From Chthoniobacterales bacterium (lineage in GTDB: Bacteria; Verrucomicrobiota; Verrucomicrobiia; Chthoniobacterales; Chthoniobacteraceae): a DNA stretch of 64,000 bases. Shown piece by piece: positions 52,930 through 63,599 of the stretch. The DNA lies in the NCBI GenBank assembly GCA_038207335.1, contig JBBQZX010000003.1, positions 32,001-96,000 of the forward strand. The letters run 5' to 3'. The position numbers and the translations under genes were made by a program. The notes under the pieces are model-generated. The model had not been told where the DNA came from, did not search any database, and was given only the letters and a program-made list of their open reading frames with translations. How positions within the stretch are numbered: the first letter of the stretch is position 1; each line of letters starts with the position of its first letter.

Positions 52930-55900
52930 CTACAGCCTGCGGCGGCGGAGGCCGAGGAGCGCGGCGGCGGCGGAGAGGGCGAGGATGCCGCTTGCCGGCT
53001 CGGGGATGGCTCGCAGCGCGACGTCATTTCCGCCGGTGAATGAACCAGAGGTGTTGTCGGCGAAATAGCTGATGCGAAACTGCTGGGCACCGACGGTGAA
53101 GAGCGAATTGTCCGCCATGCCGTTGAAGGTGCCGGAGATCGCGTCGGTGCCGTCGTTGATGATGAGAAAAAAGAGGTCACCGCCTTGGATTCCGGTGCCG
53201 AGCGTGAGGGTGAGCTTCGCGCTGGAAAGGGAGACCGTGCCGGTATTCGCGAGGTCGCCGCCGGTGCCGACGATCACCTGATCGTAATCCACGCCCGGCA
53301 GCGGCGTGAGCGCGCCACCGTGGCTCAGGTCCATGGCGAGCGTGGAGAATTGCGTCGAGAGCGAGAGATTTCCACCTACCGAGAAGGTCCCCGTCGTATC
53401 GCCGGGCGAGAACGTCGAGCCAGGACTGAAGGCGAGCGCACCGCCGACACCGCCATTACCGCCGAGAGAGCCCGATGTGACACGTGTGATGGCCGTTGAG
53501 GTGCCGGGCCCATTGATCGTGAGTTTCCCGGAACCGGTCTTCGTGAGCGCGAAGTTGCCGGTGATTCCGCCTTGCAGGATGACTTCGGTCGTGACGTTTA
53601 GGATCGCCTGCCCATTCGGATTGTCGCCGAGATCGCCGGTGAAATCCGCGGGGCCGTTGAACTTCACTTTGTATCCGCTCGACTGGGTAAAGGTCAGCGT
53701 CTGGTTCTGCTGATTGCCGATCACCGTCGGCGATGGCACCGCCATGGCGAACGAGTTGAACTCCACCGTGTTGTTCACGTTCACACCGCTGGCGCGATTC
53801 ACGTCGATGGTCGCGTCGCCGCTGAAGACCGAGACGTCGTTGTCATACACGAGCGTGCCATTGCTCGCCGTGCCATTGTCGCGGATGCGCAAAATCGCAG
53901 GGTTCACGTTCGCGGGGTCGCCGCCGTTTAGGTCGAGTTCCGCCGAGCCAAGCACGCTTCCGACGCCGGTGGTCGATTGTGCGACGACGATTTGCGCCGC
54001 GTCGATTTGGAGAATTCCCGAGAAGGTGTTCGTGTTATTGGTCAGGTTCAGTGAGCTGTTCGGGGTGCCGACCTGTGGATTGTTTCCACGCACCGTGAGC
54101 TTCCCCGAGCCGGTGAGCTTTCCGCTGATCGTCACTGGCAGCGAATTCGTCGGCACTGCGTAATCTTCAAGCGCAACCTTCGAGCTCGAGAGCACATCCA
54201 CCTGCCCGGAAAAGACGGTGCTGGATGAATTGCGCGTGCCGAGTTCACCGCCGCGGAGGATGACGTGATTGGTAATCGTATTCGAGCCGCCGCCCGCGAG
54301 GAGACCGCCGCCGCGCACGGTGACTGTGCCAGAGCCGAGAGCATTAGCGACGCCCGCTCCGACCTCGACTGTGCCGCCGTAAATCACCCAGTCGGAGCTG
54401 AGCGTGCTCTGCGCGGCAGTCAGCCGAACCGCGCCGAAGCCGCTGACGTCGATCTCGCCACCACCATTCGGATTCGTGATGGAGTTCGCGCGCCCTATTG
54501 TGAGCGTCGCGTTGTTGCGCACCGCCAGCCCGCCGCCGTTGGGCGTCACCTCAATTGTCCGCGTTTTCGTCCCGGTATCATTGAAAGTTATGTCTCCGCT
54601 GGCGTGCGTGAACTCCAGCGTGGCACCGAATGGGTAGCTAAATGCTTGGTCTAAAATGATTTTCTGGTTCACCGCGCCCAGCGCTGTGTCGGTCTCCGCC
54701 TGCACGACGCCGCCTTGGATCTTAATTCCCCCGGTCGCGCTGCTCGACGCACCGGTCGCGAAGATGAGCGAGTTATCGCCCGTTTTTACCAACTGCCCCG
54801 CCCCCGAGATTCCGGTGATCGTGAAATCCGCGTCCGTCTGGATCGTCGCGGTACCGGCGAGCGCCACCGCACCGCCGAGCGTCTGCGGATTTTGCGTGAT
54901 ATTCAAGAGCGCCCCGCCGCTGATCGTCATCGCGCCCACCCCGAGCGCACCGTCCGCCTGCGACTCTACCGTGCCGCCGGTGATCGTCCGTGAGCTGAAG
55001 CTGTTCGGACTCGTGAGCACAAGAGTCCCACCGCCCGATTTCGTGAGCGCACCCGCGATCCTCCCAGCCCCGCCGATCTGGTAAGTGCCGGTCGAGTTGC
55101 TCACCACCAGCGCCGTCGTCGCCACGTTCGAGGGCACGGCGATGTTTGCAAAACTGCCCGTGGGATTCTGACTGAAAGTCACCGTGTCGTTCGTGCTGAA
55201 CGCCGTGGGATTTCCACCGAGCAAAAAGTAATTCCCGCCCGCAGTGCTGAGCACCCCATCCGGCGCACCGCCGACCCCGTGGCTCGCGTTGTAGATGATG
55301 TTTCGCCCCGCGCCCGCTGCTGTGAACGAAAAATTGTCGATCGCCGTCTGCGCGTCAGGGCTCGGCGTCGCATCGTTCGTGTCCGCCCAGCGGAGGTAAA
55401 ATGTGCCGTTGTTCGCGACCGGAGTGCCAAAGGTGTAGCTCACCGTCACCGTCTGCCGGTTCGCCGCCGCGTTTCCGTCGAGATCGCTCTGCGCCGCGAA
55501 GTAGGTCCTCGTCGGCTGGAGCGCGCCAGTGTTTGCGAAAGTCGAGGCGTTCGTGCTGACGTAGAGCAAATACCCGGAATCCGCCACCCCCGCCGAGTTG
55601 CCCGACCTCCACCACTCCGTGTCGTACGACACGCTGAAGCTGATTAGCGGCGCACCCGTCGTGTTCTTGATCGCCAGATCGATCACCGGATCGAACCCCG
55701 TGTTACCCGTCCCAAGCGCCCGGTCACTGATCGCATTCGTCCCCGCTTCGCCATTGTTGAAAAGCAGCGTCCCAGGACTCACGATCCCCACCGAGCCGGT
55801 GCTCACCGTCAGCGGGCCATTGCCGGTCTGAACAGGCGTCGTCGCGGCCTGGTCGTGCGCGATCGTCCCCACGAACCACGGGCTCGTCCCGTTGTCCGTC

Positions 55901-56109
55901 GCATTCCCCGTCAGCGTGCTCGTGCTCGTGCCGCCCGTGCCGAGCAGATCGAAATTCTCGAAGATCGACCCGCCGCTGTAGATCAGCGTCCCGGCGAAAA
56001 GCTGCGGCAGAGTTCCTGCAATTGCGCCCATCAGGATCGCCGCGCCTGCGAGGTGCTTGCGATACTGGCGCTTGTTCAGGAGATCGGAGAAAGTGGGGAT
56101 CTTTTTCAT
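52930..56109 (-). CDS. Large PEP-CTERM surface protein with autotransporter-associated beta-strand repeats
   Basis: Repeats LTKSGGGTLVL / LVKTGDNSL / LTKTGSGKLTI; C-terminal IPEPAS-TM-RRRRL sorting signal. Confidence 0.9.
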   Translation of the reverse strand: MKKIPTFSDLLNKRQYRKHLAGAAILMGAIAGTLPQLFAGTLIYSGGSIFENFDLLGTGGTSTSTLTGNATDNGTSPWFVGTIAHDQAATTPVQTGNGPLTVSTGSVGIVSPGTLLFNNGEAGTNAISDRALGTGNTGFDPVIDLAIKNTTGAPLISFSVSYDTEWWRSGNSAGVADSGYLLYVSTNASTFANTGALQPTRTYFAAQSDLDGNAAANRQTVTVSYTFGTPVANNGTFYLRWADTNDATPSPDAQTAIDNFSFTAAGAGRNIIYNASHGVGGAPDGVLSTAGGNYFLLGGNPTAFSTNDTVTFSQNPTGSFANIAVPSNVATTALVVSNSTGTYQIGGAGRIAGALTKSGGGTLVLTSPNSFSSRTITGGTVESQADGALGVGAMTISGGALLNITQNPQTLGGAVALAGTATIQTDADFTITGISGAGQLVKTGDNSLIFATGASSSATGGIKIQGGVVQAETDTALGAVNQKIILDQAFSYPFGATLEFTHASGDITFNDTGTKTRTIEVTPNGGGLAVRNNATLTIGRANSITNPNGGGEIDVSGFGAVRLTAAQSTLSSDWVIYGGTVEVGAGVANALGSGTVTVRGGGLLAGGGSNTITNHVILRGGELGTRNSSSTVFSGQVDVLSSSKVALEDYAVPTNSLPVTISGKLTGSGKLTVRGNNPQVGTPNSSLNLTNNTNTFSGILQIDAAQIVVAQSTTGVGSVLGSAELDLNGGDPANVNPAILRIRDNGTASNGTLVYDNDVSVFSGDATIDVNRASGVNVNNTVEFNSFAMAVPSPTVIGNQQNQTLTFTQSSGYKVKFNGPADFTGDLGDNPNGQAILNVTTEVILQGGITGNFALTKTGSGKLTINGPGTSTAITRVTSGSLGGNGGVGGALAFSPGSTFSPGDTTGTFSVGGNLSLSTQFSTLAMDLSHGGALTPLPGVDYDQVIVGTGGDLANTGTVSLSSAKLTLTLGTGIQGGDLFFLIINDGTDAISGTFNGMADNSLFTVGAQQFRISYFADNTSGSFTGGNDVALRAIPEPASGILALSAAAALLGLRRRRL

Positions 56110-56211
56110 AGAAGGACTGGCCCGATTGTAACTGAGCATGTCCCCGCGCGAATTCACGCTGAAATTGTTATCAAATCGCTTTCTTTCCACAGCTTCACTC
56201 ATGCTTGCGCC

Positions 56212-57102
56212 GTGTTGCTTCGCCGGTTCGAATCGCTCCTTCACACACTTCAGCTCTACGGTGCCGCCGGCATCGTCGCCTTTGGTTGGGCCATGTGTGT
56301 GCTTTGCGGCTGGGACGCCCTCCCGTGGATGCCCCTCTGGTTCTGCTCCGCGCTCCTCGTTTACAACATCGACCGCCTCCGCCGCGACCCCGCCGATGCG
56401 CACAACACCCCCCTCCGCGCCGCCTCCGCCGAGCGCCTCCGCAGCGTCAGCAAAACTCTCGCCACCCTCGCCGCCCTCGTACTCATCGCGCTGCCGGTGT
56501 GGCGGCGTGACTGGCTCACGCTCGGGCTCGTGCTCGGCGGGGCGTTTGTGAGCGTCCAGTATTCCGTCCCGCTGCTCGGGTTGCGGTTAAAGGACGTGCC
56601 TTTCCTGAAGAGCTTCATCGCCCCGAGCATGGTCGCCGCCGCGGTCTTCGGGTTGCCTTGGCTTCATGCAGGTGGACGCCCCGGCGCTCTGCTGGCGGTG
56701 GTTTGGGCGTGGAGCTATCTGGAATTCAATATGATCCTCTGCGACCTCCGCGACATCGACGGCGACCGCCAGCACGGCGTCGCCAGCCTTCCCGTCCGGC
56801 TCGGCGTGAGCGGCACCCGCTGGGTGCTCTTCGGGCTCGTTATCGCTACTGTCATCGTGGCCGCGATCAACACGTACCTCACGTTGGGATCGACCCCCAC
56901 GGAGCTTTGCCGCGGCACCACTTGGCTGCTCTTCTCCCTCCTCATTCCCACCCTCGCGCTGCGCCTCCTTTTCGCATCCTACCGCCCGCAGACAGAGCAA
57001 TTCTACGAGCGATACGTGGAGGGCCTTCTCTTCCTCCCGGCCTTCGTCGTTGGTCTGACGTATGGCATGTTCTCCCTCACGGCTTTCACCCAATCTCACT
57101 AG
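56212..57102 (+). CDS. UbiA-family prenyltransferase-like membrane protein
   Basis: YNIDR..D, RLKDVP.LK, DLRDIDGDRQHGVASLPVRLG; multiple TM helices; GTG start is estimated. Confidence 0.8.
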   Translation: MLLRRFESLLHTLQLYGAAGIVAFGWAMCVLCGWDALPWMPLWFCSALLVYNIDRLRRDPADAHNTPLRAASAERLRSVSKTLATLAALVLIALPVWRRDWLTLGLVLGGAFVSVQYSVPLLGLRLKDVPFLKSFIAPSMVAAAVFGLPWLHAGGRPGALLAVVWAWSYLEFNMILCDLRDIDGDRQHGVASLPVRLGVSGTRWVLFGLVIATVIVAAINTYLTLGSTPTELCRGTTWLLFSLLIPTLALRLLFASYRPQTEQFYERYVEGLLFLPAFVVGLTYGMFSLTAFTQSH

Positions 57103-57105
57103 CCC

Positions 57106-58581
57106 ATGCACGACTCCTTCACCGCCTTCCTCACTGCCCTCGAGCGCGCGGGCGAGCTCATCCGCGTCTCGCAGCCTGTTGCCACGGAACTCGAGATCAC
57201 CGAGTGGGCGGACCGCGAGATGAAGAGCGCCGGCGGCGGCAAGGCCCTGCTCTTCGAGAAGCCCACCGTCGCGGGCGTCGTGTCCCCTTTTCCTGTGGCC
57301 ATCAATACCATGGGCTCGGAGCGGCGCATGGCCATCGCGCTCGGCCTCGGCTCGGTGCAGGAGCTCGCCGACCGAATGCAGCTTCTTTTGAAAGCCAAGC
57401 CTCCGACCGATTTGCGCTCGGCGTGGGACTTGGCGCTTCAGGGGCTCGGGCTGCTTCATGCGAAGCCGAAGCACGTCAAGACCGGGCCGTGCAAGGAGGT
57501 CGTCCACCTTTTCGGCGAAAATAGCGCGCCGAGCGCCGAATCCCCCACTCTCCTCGACCTGCCCATCCTCAAGTGCTGGCCGCAGGACGGCGGGCGCTTC
57601 ATCACGCTTCCGGGCGTTCACACCCGCGACCCCGACACCGGCGAGCGCAATCTCGGCATGTACCGCATGCAAGTCCTCAGCCCACAGACCACCGGCATGC
57701 ACTGGCAGGTCCACAAAGTCGGCGCCCGCCACGGCAAACGCTACTACGAGCGCGGCGAGCGCATGCCCGTCGCAGTCACCCTCGGCGGCGACCCCGCCTA
57801 CACCTTCGCTGCCACCGCGCCCCTCCCCGACGGGCTCGATGAAATCCTCTTCGCCGGCTACATCCGCGGCAAAGGCGTCCCCCTCGTCCGCTGCGAGACC
57901 ATCGACCTCGAAGTCCCCGCCGACGCCGACTTCGTCCTTGAGGGCTACGTCCAGCCCGACGAGACCGCCCCCGAGGGCCCCTTCGGCGACCACACCGGCT
58001 TCTACACGCCTGTCGATGACTACCCCGTCTTCCACCTCACCGCCATCACGCATCGCAAAGACGCCATCTACCCGGCCACCATCGTCGGCATCCCGCCCAT
58101 GGAGGACTTCTACATCGGCGACGCCTCCCTGCGCATCCTCCTGCCCGTGTTTAAAATGACCTTCCCCGAGGTCATCGACATCGCCCTCCCGCCCGAAGGC
58201 GTCTTCCACAACCTCCTCTTCGTCTCCATCCGCAAACAATACCCCTGGCAGGCCTACAAAATCATGCACGGCCTCTGGGGCATGGGCCAGATGATGTTCA
58301 CCAAATACATCATCGTCGTCGATGAGGACTGCGACGTGCGCGACACCAGCGCCGTCCTCTTCCGCCTCTGCGCCAACACCGATCCGCAGCGCGACAGCAC
58401 CTTCATCAAGAACCCCACTGACGCCCTCGACCACGCGCAGACCACCGCGTGCATGGGCAGCCACATGGGCATCGACGCCACCCGCAAGCTGCCGGGAGAA
58501 GGTCACACCCGTCCCTGGCCCGAGCTTCTCAAGATGGACCCGGTCATCAAGGCCCGCATCGACGGCCTTCGCGGCTCCTGA
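57106..58581 (+). CDS. UbiD-family (prFMN) decarboxylase, menaquinone-pathway type
   Basis: ELEITE, RNLGMYR, EGPFGDHTGFY, PPMED, GMGQMMFTK, MGIDATRK. Confidence 0.93.
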   Translation: MHDSFTAFLTALERAGELIRVSQPVATELEITEWADREMKSAGGGKALLFEKPTVAGVVSPFPVAINTMGSERRMAIALGLGSVQELADRMQLLLKAKPPTDLRSAWDLALQGLGLLHAKPKHVKTGPCKEVVHLFGENSAPSAESPTLLDLPILKCWPQDGGRFITLPGVHTRDPDTGERNLGMYRMQVLSPQTTGMHWQVHKVGARHGKRYYERGERMPVAVTLGGDPAYTFAATAPLPDGLDEILFAGYIRGKGVPLVRCETIDLEVPADADFVLEGYVQPDETAPEGPFGDHTGFYTPVDDYPVFHLTAITHRKDAIYPATIVGIPPMEDFYIGDASLRILLPVFKMTFPEVIDIALPPEGVFHNLLFVSIRKQYPWQAYKIMHGLWGMGQMMFTKYIIVVDEDCDVRDTSAVLFRLCANTDPQRDSTFIKNPTDALDHAQTTACMGSHMGIDATRKLPGEGHTRPWPELLKMDPVIKARIDGLRGS

Positions 58582-58681
58582 TCTTTGGAAAAGTCGCGCC
58601 AGCGAGCCACTCGCCCGCATCGCTCATTTTACCAGCCTTCGCGGTTGATTTCCCAAAATTCGCCCGATACAATCCGCGCCC

Positions 58682-59218
58682 ATGAAACTGGTGCGCTGGA
58701 GGCGCTTCACTTGGGAACTCTCGAAGCTCCCGCCGCTCGATAACCCGCTCCCGGGTCGATACCACGTCCGCACCGCTGAGCGCGCGGAGGAACGCGCCGT
58801 TTCCAATGTCATCCTCACCGCCTTCGCGCTCGACTCCGCTTGGAGCGATGCGCTCAAGAGCTTCAGCCAGCCTCTCCAGTCGCAGATCGAGGCCGCATTT
58901 TCTCGTGAAGATTCGGACGTCGTCGTCATCTGCCACGGCCAACGGATCATCGCCGCATCGGCCCTCGCGACCGGCACTGACGCGCCGAACAACCTGCTCT
59001 CCGGCCCCTGTGTCTCGATGGAATATCAGAACCGCGGGCTCGGCACCGCGCTTCTCTGGCACTCGCTCACGCATCTTTGCAACAGCGGCCTCTCCCGCGC
59101 TGCAGGTGTCGTGAAAGACAACGTCATCGCCGGCAAATTCCTCTACCAGAAATTCAACTCCACGAGCGCCGACTGCGAACTCGCCGACGCTTTTCTGCCC
59201 GTGCTGACGCGCGCATGA
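58682..59218 (+). CDS. GNAT-family acetyltransferase
   Basis: Acetyl-CoA motif A '[12 protein letters not shown]'; 'FLYQKF'. Confidence 0.8.
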   Translation: MKLVRWRRFTWELSKLPPLDNPLPGRYHVRTAERAEERAVSNVILTAFALDSAWSDALKSFSQPLQSQIEAAFSREDSDVVVICHGQRIIAASALATGTDAPNNLLSGPCVSMEYQNRGLGTALLWHSLTHLCNSGLSRAAGVVKDNVIAGKFLYQKFNSTSADCELADAFLPVLTRA

Positions 59219-60672
59219 GCGACTCCTTCCGCGGATACGACGTCGGCGACTTCTACGACGAAATGTTCGCGGCTCCAGGCAGCCCGCGCCCCCATTACCG
59301 CAACCTTCTCCGGCGCTTCGAGGAACTCACCGACGCCGAGCTCGCGCGCAAGCACCGTCTCGCGTCGCAGACATTCCTGAACCAGGGAATTACCTTCACC
59401 GTCTATAACGACAACCAAGGTACCGAGCGCATTTTTCCCTTCGACCCCATCCCGCGTATCATCCCGCGGCACGAGTGGGACCACGTCGAGCGCGGCCTCA
59501 CCCAGCGCATCGTCGCGCTGAATCTTTTCCTCCACGACCTCTACCACGAGCAGCGCATCGTAAAGGAAGGCATCGTCCCGCGCGAAGTCATCGAGAGTGC
59601 CAAACACTTTCGCCCCGAATTCATGGGCGTCGATGTGCCAAAGGACATCTACATCCACATCTGCGGCAGCGACCTTATCCGCGACCGCGACGGGCAATAT
59701 CTCGTGCTCGAGGACAACGGCCGCTGCCCCTCAGGCGTCAGCTACGTCCTCGCAAATCGCCAGGTCATGAAGCGCGTCTTTCCACGCCTTTTCAGCCAGC
59801 ACAAAGTCCTCCCCGTCGATCACTACGGCCAGGAACTCAAGAACCTCCTCAACTTCGTCGCCCCGAAAAACTGCCCCGACCCGGCCCATCCCACCGTCGT
59901 CCTCCTCACCCCGGGCATCTACAATTCAGCCTACTTCGAGCATTCCTTCCTCGCCGGCGCCATGGGTATCGAGATCGTTGTCGGCCAAGACCTCATCGTG
60001 AAAGACCGCGTCGTCTTCATGAAAACCACGAAGGGCCTCAAGCGCGTCGATGTCATCTACCGCCGCATCGACGACGACTTCCTCGACCCCACCGTCTTCC
60101 GCCCCGACTCCTGCCTGGGCGTCCCCGGCCTCATCGACGCCTACCGCGCGGGCAACGTGAACCTCGCCAACGCCGTCGGCACCGGGGTCGCCGACGACAA
60201 AGTCACCTACTACTTCGTCCCGGCCATGATCCGCTTTTACCTCGGCGAAGAGCCCATCCTACCAAACGTCGAGACCTACCTCACCATGTTTGAAAAGGAC
60301 CGCCAATACGTCCTCGATCACATCCCGGAGCTCGTCATCAAAAGCGCGAACGAAAGCGGCGGCTACGGAATGCTCATCGGCCCACACGCCACAAAAGAAG
60401 AGCACGAGAAATTCCGCCAGGCCATTATCGCCGACCCGCGCAACTACGTCGCTCAGCCCACCATCTCCCTCTCCCGCAGCCCAAGCTGCTGCGACGGTGG
60501 CACCATCGAGGGCCGCCATATCGACCTGCGCCCCTACATCCTCTACGGCGAGAAAATCACCATCATCCCTGGCGGCCTCACCCGTGTGGCATTGAAAAAA
60601 GGCTCCCTCGTCGTCAACAGCTCCCAAGGCGGCGGCAGCAAAGACTCTTGGGTCGTCGAAGACGAAGCCTGA
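59215..60672 (+). CDS. Circularly permuted type 2 ATP-grasp protein
   Basis: [62 protein letters not shown]. Confidence 0.93.
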   Translation: MSDSFRGYDVGDFYDEMFAAPGSPRPHYRNLLRRFEELTDAELARKHRLASQTFLNQGITFTVYNDNQGTERIFPFDPIPRIIPRHEWDHVERGLTQRIVALNLFLHDLYHEQRIVKEGIVPREVIESAKHFRPEFMGVDVPKDIYIHICGSDLIRDRDGQYLVLEDNGRCPSGVSYVLANRQVMKRVFPRLFSQHKVLPVDHYGQELKNLLNFVAPKNCPDPAHPTVVLLTPGIYNSAYFEHSFLAGAMGIEIVVGQDLIVKDRVVFMKTTKGLKRVDVIYRRIDDDFLDPTVFRPDSCLGVPGLIDAYRAGNVNLANAVGTGVADDKVTYYFVPAMIRFYLGEEPILPNVETYLTMFEKDRQYVLDHIPELVIKSANESGGYGMLIGPHATKEEHEKFRQAIIADPRNYVAQPTISLSRSPSCCDGGTIEGRHIDLRPYILYGEKITIIPGGLTRVALKKGSLVVNSSQGGGSKDSWVVEDEA

Positions 60673-60677
60673 CCGCC

Positions 60678-61664
60678 ATGTTGAGCCGCGTCGCCGACTC
60701 CCTTTACTGGCTCGCCCGATACGTCGAGCGCGCGGAAAACAACGCCCGCATCCTCGACGTCAACCTCCAGGTCACCCTCGACTCCGAGCACGGCGGCGAC
60801 CGCGACCAGAGCCTCGACTGGCAGCCAATCCTCGCCTCGCTCGAAGACAACGAAGCCTTCAAAAAGCACCACACCGTCGTCAACGCCGAGAACGTCTGCG
60901 ACTTCGTCACCTTCTCCCCTGAGAACCCCAACTCCATCCTCTCCTGCGTTGCCCGCGCGCGGGAAAACGCCCGCACCGTCCGCGAATACATCTCCACCGA
61001 AATGTGGGAGCGCATCAACGCCCTCTACCTCTGGCTGAATCTCCCCGACGCCCGCCAGCTCGCCACCGGCAGTGCTATCGACCTCTACCGTCAAATCGTT
61101 GATCGCACCCACGGCATCCACGGCAGCACCGACGCCACGCTCACCCAGAACGAAGGCTGGCACTTCATCCAGACCGGCAAATACCTCGAGCGCGCCGACT
61201 CCGCCTCCCGCATCCTGGATTTGAAATATCACATCCTCCTGCCCCACGGAGAGCGCGTCGGCGGCACCGTCGATACCGTCCAGTGGCAGGCCGTCTTGAA
61301 AAGTTGCAGCGCCTTCGAGGCCTACCGCAAACTCCACCCCGGCCAAGTGACCCCCTGGAGCGTCGCCGAATTCATCATCCTCCACGACAAATTCCCCCGT
61401 GCGATCCGCTTCTGCGTCGATCGGCTCGATGAAGCCCTCCATTGCATCAGCGGCTGCGACCGCGCCCATTTTTCCAATGACACCGAGCGCCTCTCCGGCC
61501 GGCTCCTCTCCGACCTGCACTACACCGTCATCGACGACGTCTTCCGCTGCGGCCTCCACCAGTATCTCGACAGCATCCAGAACCGGCTGAACGAAATCGC
61601 CGCCGCCCTCCTCGAGCAATACTGCGCCTGGCGCGAGCCCGAGCCCGTCACCGAGCCCGCCTAG
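60678..61664 (+). CDS. Alpha-E domain protein
   Basis: MLSRVADSLYWLARYVERAEN.AR, ARENAR, ERAD, FPRA. Confidence 0.93.
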   Translation: MLSRVADSLYWLARYVERAENNARILDVNLQVTLDSEHGGDRDQSLDWQPILASLEDNEAFKKHHTVVNAENVCDFVTFSPENPNSILSCVARARENARTVREYISTEMWERINALYLWLNLPDARQLATGSAIDLYRQIVDRTHGIHGSTDATLTQNEGWHFIQTGKYLERADSASRILDLKYHILLPHGERVGGTVDTVQWQAVLKSCSAFEAYRKLHPGQVTPWSVAEFIILHDKFPRAIRFCVDRLDEALHCISGCDRAHFSNDTERLSGRLLSDLHYTVIDDVFRCGLHQYLDSIQNRLNEIAAALLEQYCAWREPEPVTEPA

Positions 61665-61775
61665 CACGGCGCCCCTTTCTGCCCTCATCTTTCTTCTCGG
61701 GAAGATCACCTCTCTCTCCGGAACGCGGGCACGAGAGCCTGATTTGCTGCAATTTTCACCCCAATCCAACCCCGT

Positions 61776-62741
61776 ATGAAATCCTCTCTGATCCTTGCGT
61801 CGTTTGTTTTTGCCCGGTTGCTCTCCGCCGATGAGTCGGCGGCGCCAATGCCGGGGAAGGGGCTCGCCGAGCATGATTTTCTCTACGCGGGCGAGGCGAA
61901 GGAGCGCAAAGTTTTCATGGTGCGCGGGGGGAAGGCGGCGCTGATTTACGACGATCCGAGCGGGAAAGGGGAGATCAGCGATGCCGTGCGGCTCTCAAAT
62001 GGCACGATCCTACTGGCGCACCAATACGCGGTGAAGCTCGTGAACGCCGACGGAAAGGTCCTGTGGAATCTCGATGCGCCCGCGGGGACGGAGATCCACA
62101 CGGCCATGCCAATCGGGCTGGATCACGTGCTTTTCGTGCAAAATGGCGCGCCCGCGATGGCGAAGGTCGTGAACATCCGCACGGGGGAGATGCAGCTCGA
62201 ATTCGAGCTGCCGGTGAAGAATGCGAAGAGCACGCACGGGCAATTCCGCCACGCCCGACTGACTGCCGACGGGCGGCTCCTCGTGGCTCACATGGACATG
62301 GGGAAAGTCTGCGAATACGACGCGGCGGGGCACGAGTTGTGGACATTCGCCGCACCGGGAGTCTGGGGCGCGAATCCGCTCGAGAACGGCAATGTGCTCA
62401 TCACCAGCAGAAGCGGGGTGCAGGAGGTGAACCGTGCCGGGGAGGTCGTCTGGAGCTGGTCGCCGACCGATGCGCCGGAGCTGAAAATGACGAGCCTCCA
62501 GCTCGCGTGGCGCCTGCCGAATGGCAATACGCTCGTCAATAGCTGGGTGAACTCGTGGAGCAAACCCGACCCCGCCACGCCGCGCGAAGCGGCGACACAG
62601 GCCGCGGAGTTTCGCCCGGACAAGACCGTCGCGTGGGTCCTGCGCTCATGGAGCGATCCCGACCTCGGCCCCTCCACGACGATTCAGGCCCTCGACGAGC
62701 CCACCGCCCCGGAGGCGGTGAGCTTTGGCGGAATCAAGTAG
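61776..62741 (+). CDS. Exported beta-propeller-like protein
   Basis: Signal peptide; repeats RLSNGTILL / RLTADGRLL / PLENGNVLI / RLPNGNTLV. Confidence 0.75.
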   Translation: MKSSLILASFVFARLLSADESAAPMPGKGLAEHDFLYAGEAKERKVFMVRGGKAALIYDDPSGKGEISDAVRLSNGTILLAHQYAVKLVNADGKVLWNLDAPAGTEIHTAMPIGLDHVLFVQNGAPAMAKVVNIRTGEMQLEFELPVKNAKSTHGQFRHARLTADGRLLVAHMDMGKVCEYDAAGHELWTFAAPGVWGANPLENGNVLITSRSGVQEVNRAGEVVWSWSPTDAPELKMTSLQLAWRLPNGNTLVNSWVNSWSKPDPATPREAATQAAEFRPDKTVAWVLRSWSDPDLGPSTTIQALDEPTAPEAVSFGGIK

Positions 62742-62756
62742 CCGGCCCGCGCCTGG

Positions 62757-63494
62757 CTATTTCGCTGCTTCGAGCGGGTGAATCTTGATATTGCGGAAGG
62801 AGACTTGGCCGTGGTCGCCCTGGAGGGCGATGAAGCCTTTAGGGGCTTTCGCAAAGCCGGACATCTTTGCGAATTTGCTCTTGGCGACGCGCTCGTTGAA
62901 GTCGTCGCTGCCGAGGACGTAGTCGAAGTATTTCACGCCGTTGATGACGTGCTCGCATTTCTCGGGGCTGAGGACGAGGCGGATGTGGTTCCACTGTCCG
63001 GCAGGCTTGGTGGCGTCGAGGGGCTTCTCGGTCTTCGGGTCGATAGGCGGCTGGTAGAGGGCGTAGAGCCAGCCGCAGCGCTGCGGGTCTCCCGCTTTCG
63101 CGTTGTCCTCGAGCTGGAATTCGGGGCCGGTGGCCCACGCCGCGCCGCCGTCGTCCGTCACGCGATACATGAGGCCGCTGTTGCCGCCCTCGGAGATGTT
63201 GTAGTCGAACTCGAGCTCGAACCACGCGAACTGGTCGGCGGTGACGATATCGCCCGCGTCGTGCGGATCGACGCAGGTGAGGGAGCCATCCTTGATCTGC
63301 CAGCCGGGGCGGACGCCTTCCTTCTTGAAATTGTGCCAGCCTGCGAAGCTGGTGCCGTCGAAAAGGAGCTTCCAGCCGGCGGCTTTCTCGGCGGCGGTGA
63401 GGGTATTGGCGGGCGCTTCGGCGGTGTCGGCGGCGTTGGCGAAGATCGCGGTGAATGCGAGGGTGGTGGTGCAGAGGAGGAGTGGGATTTTCAT
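62757..63494 (-). CDS. DUF1080 (3-keto-disaccharide hydrolase-like) protein
   Basis: GWKLLFDG, GNSG, EFQLED, GQWN, LQGDH..VSFRNIKI. Confidence 0.92.
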   Translation of the reverse strand: MKIPLLLCTTTLAFTAIFANAADTAEAPANTLTAAEKAAGWKLLFDGTSFAGWHNFKKEGVRPGWQIKDGSLTCVDPHDAGDIVTADQFAWFELEFDYNISEGGNSGLMYRVTDDGGAAWATGPEFQLEDNAKAGDPQRCGWLYALYQPPIDPKTEKPLDATKPAGQWNHIRLVLSPEKCEHVINGVKYFDYVLGSDDFNERVAKSKFAKMSGFAKAPKGFIALQGDHGQVSFRNIKIHPLEAAK

Positions 63495-63599
63495 GGGCAG
63501 GGGCGAGACGGTGCCAAAGCGCGCGTGTGCTGGCGAGCGTTGTGATTTTACAAAAAAGCAGCGTGACGAATGCTGCCGCGTGCGCGCTAAATCCCGCGC

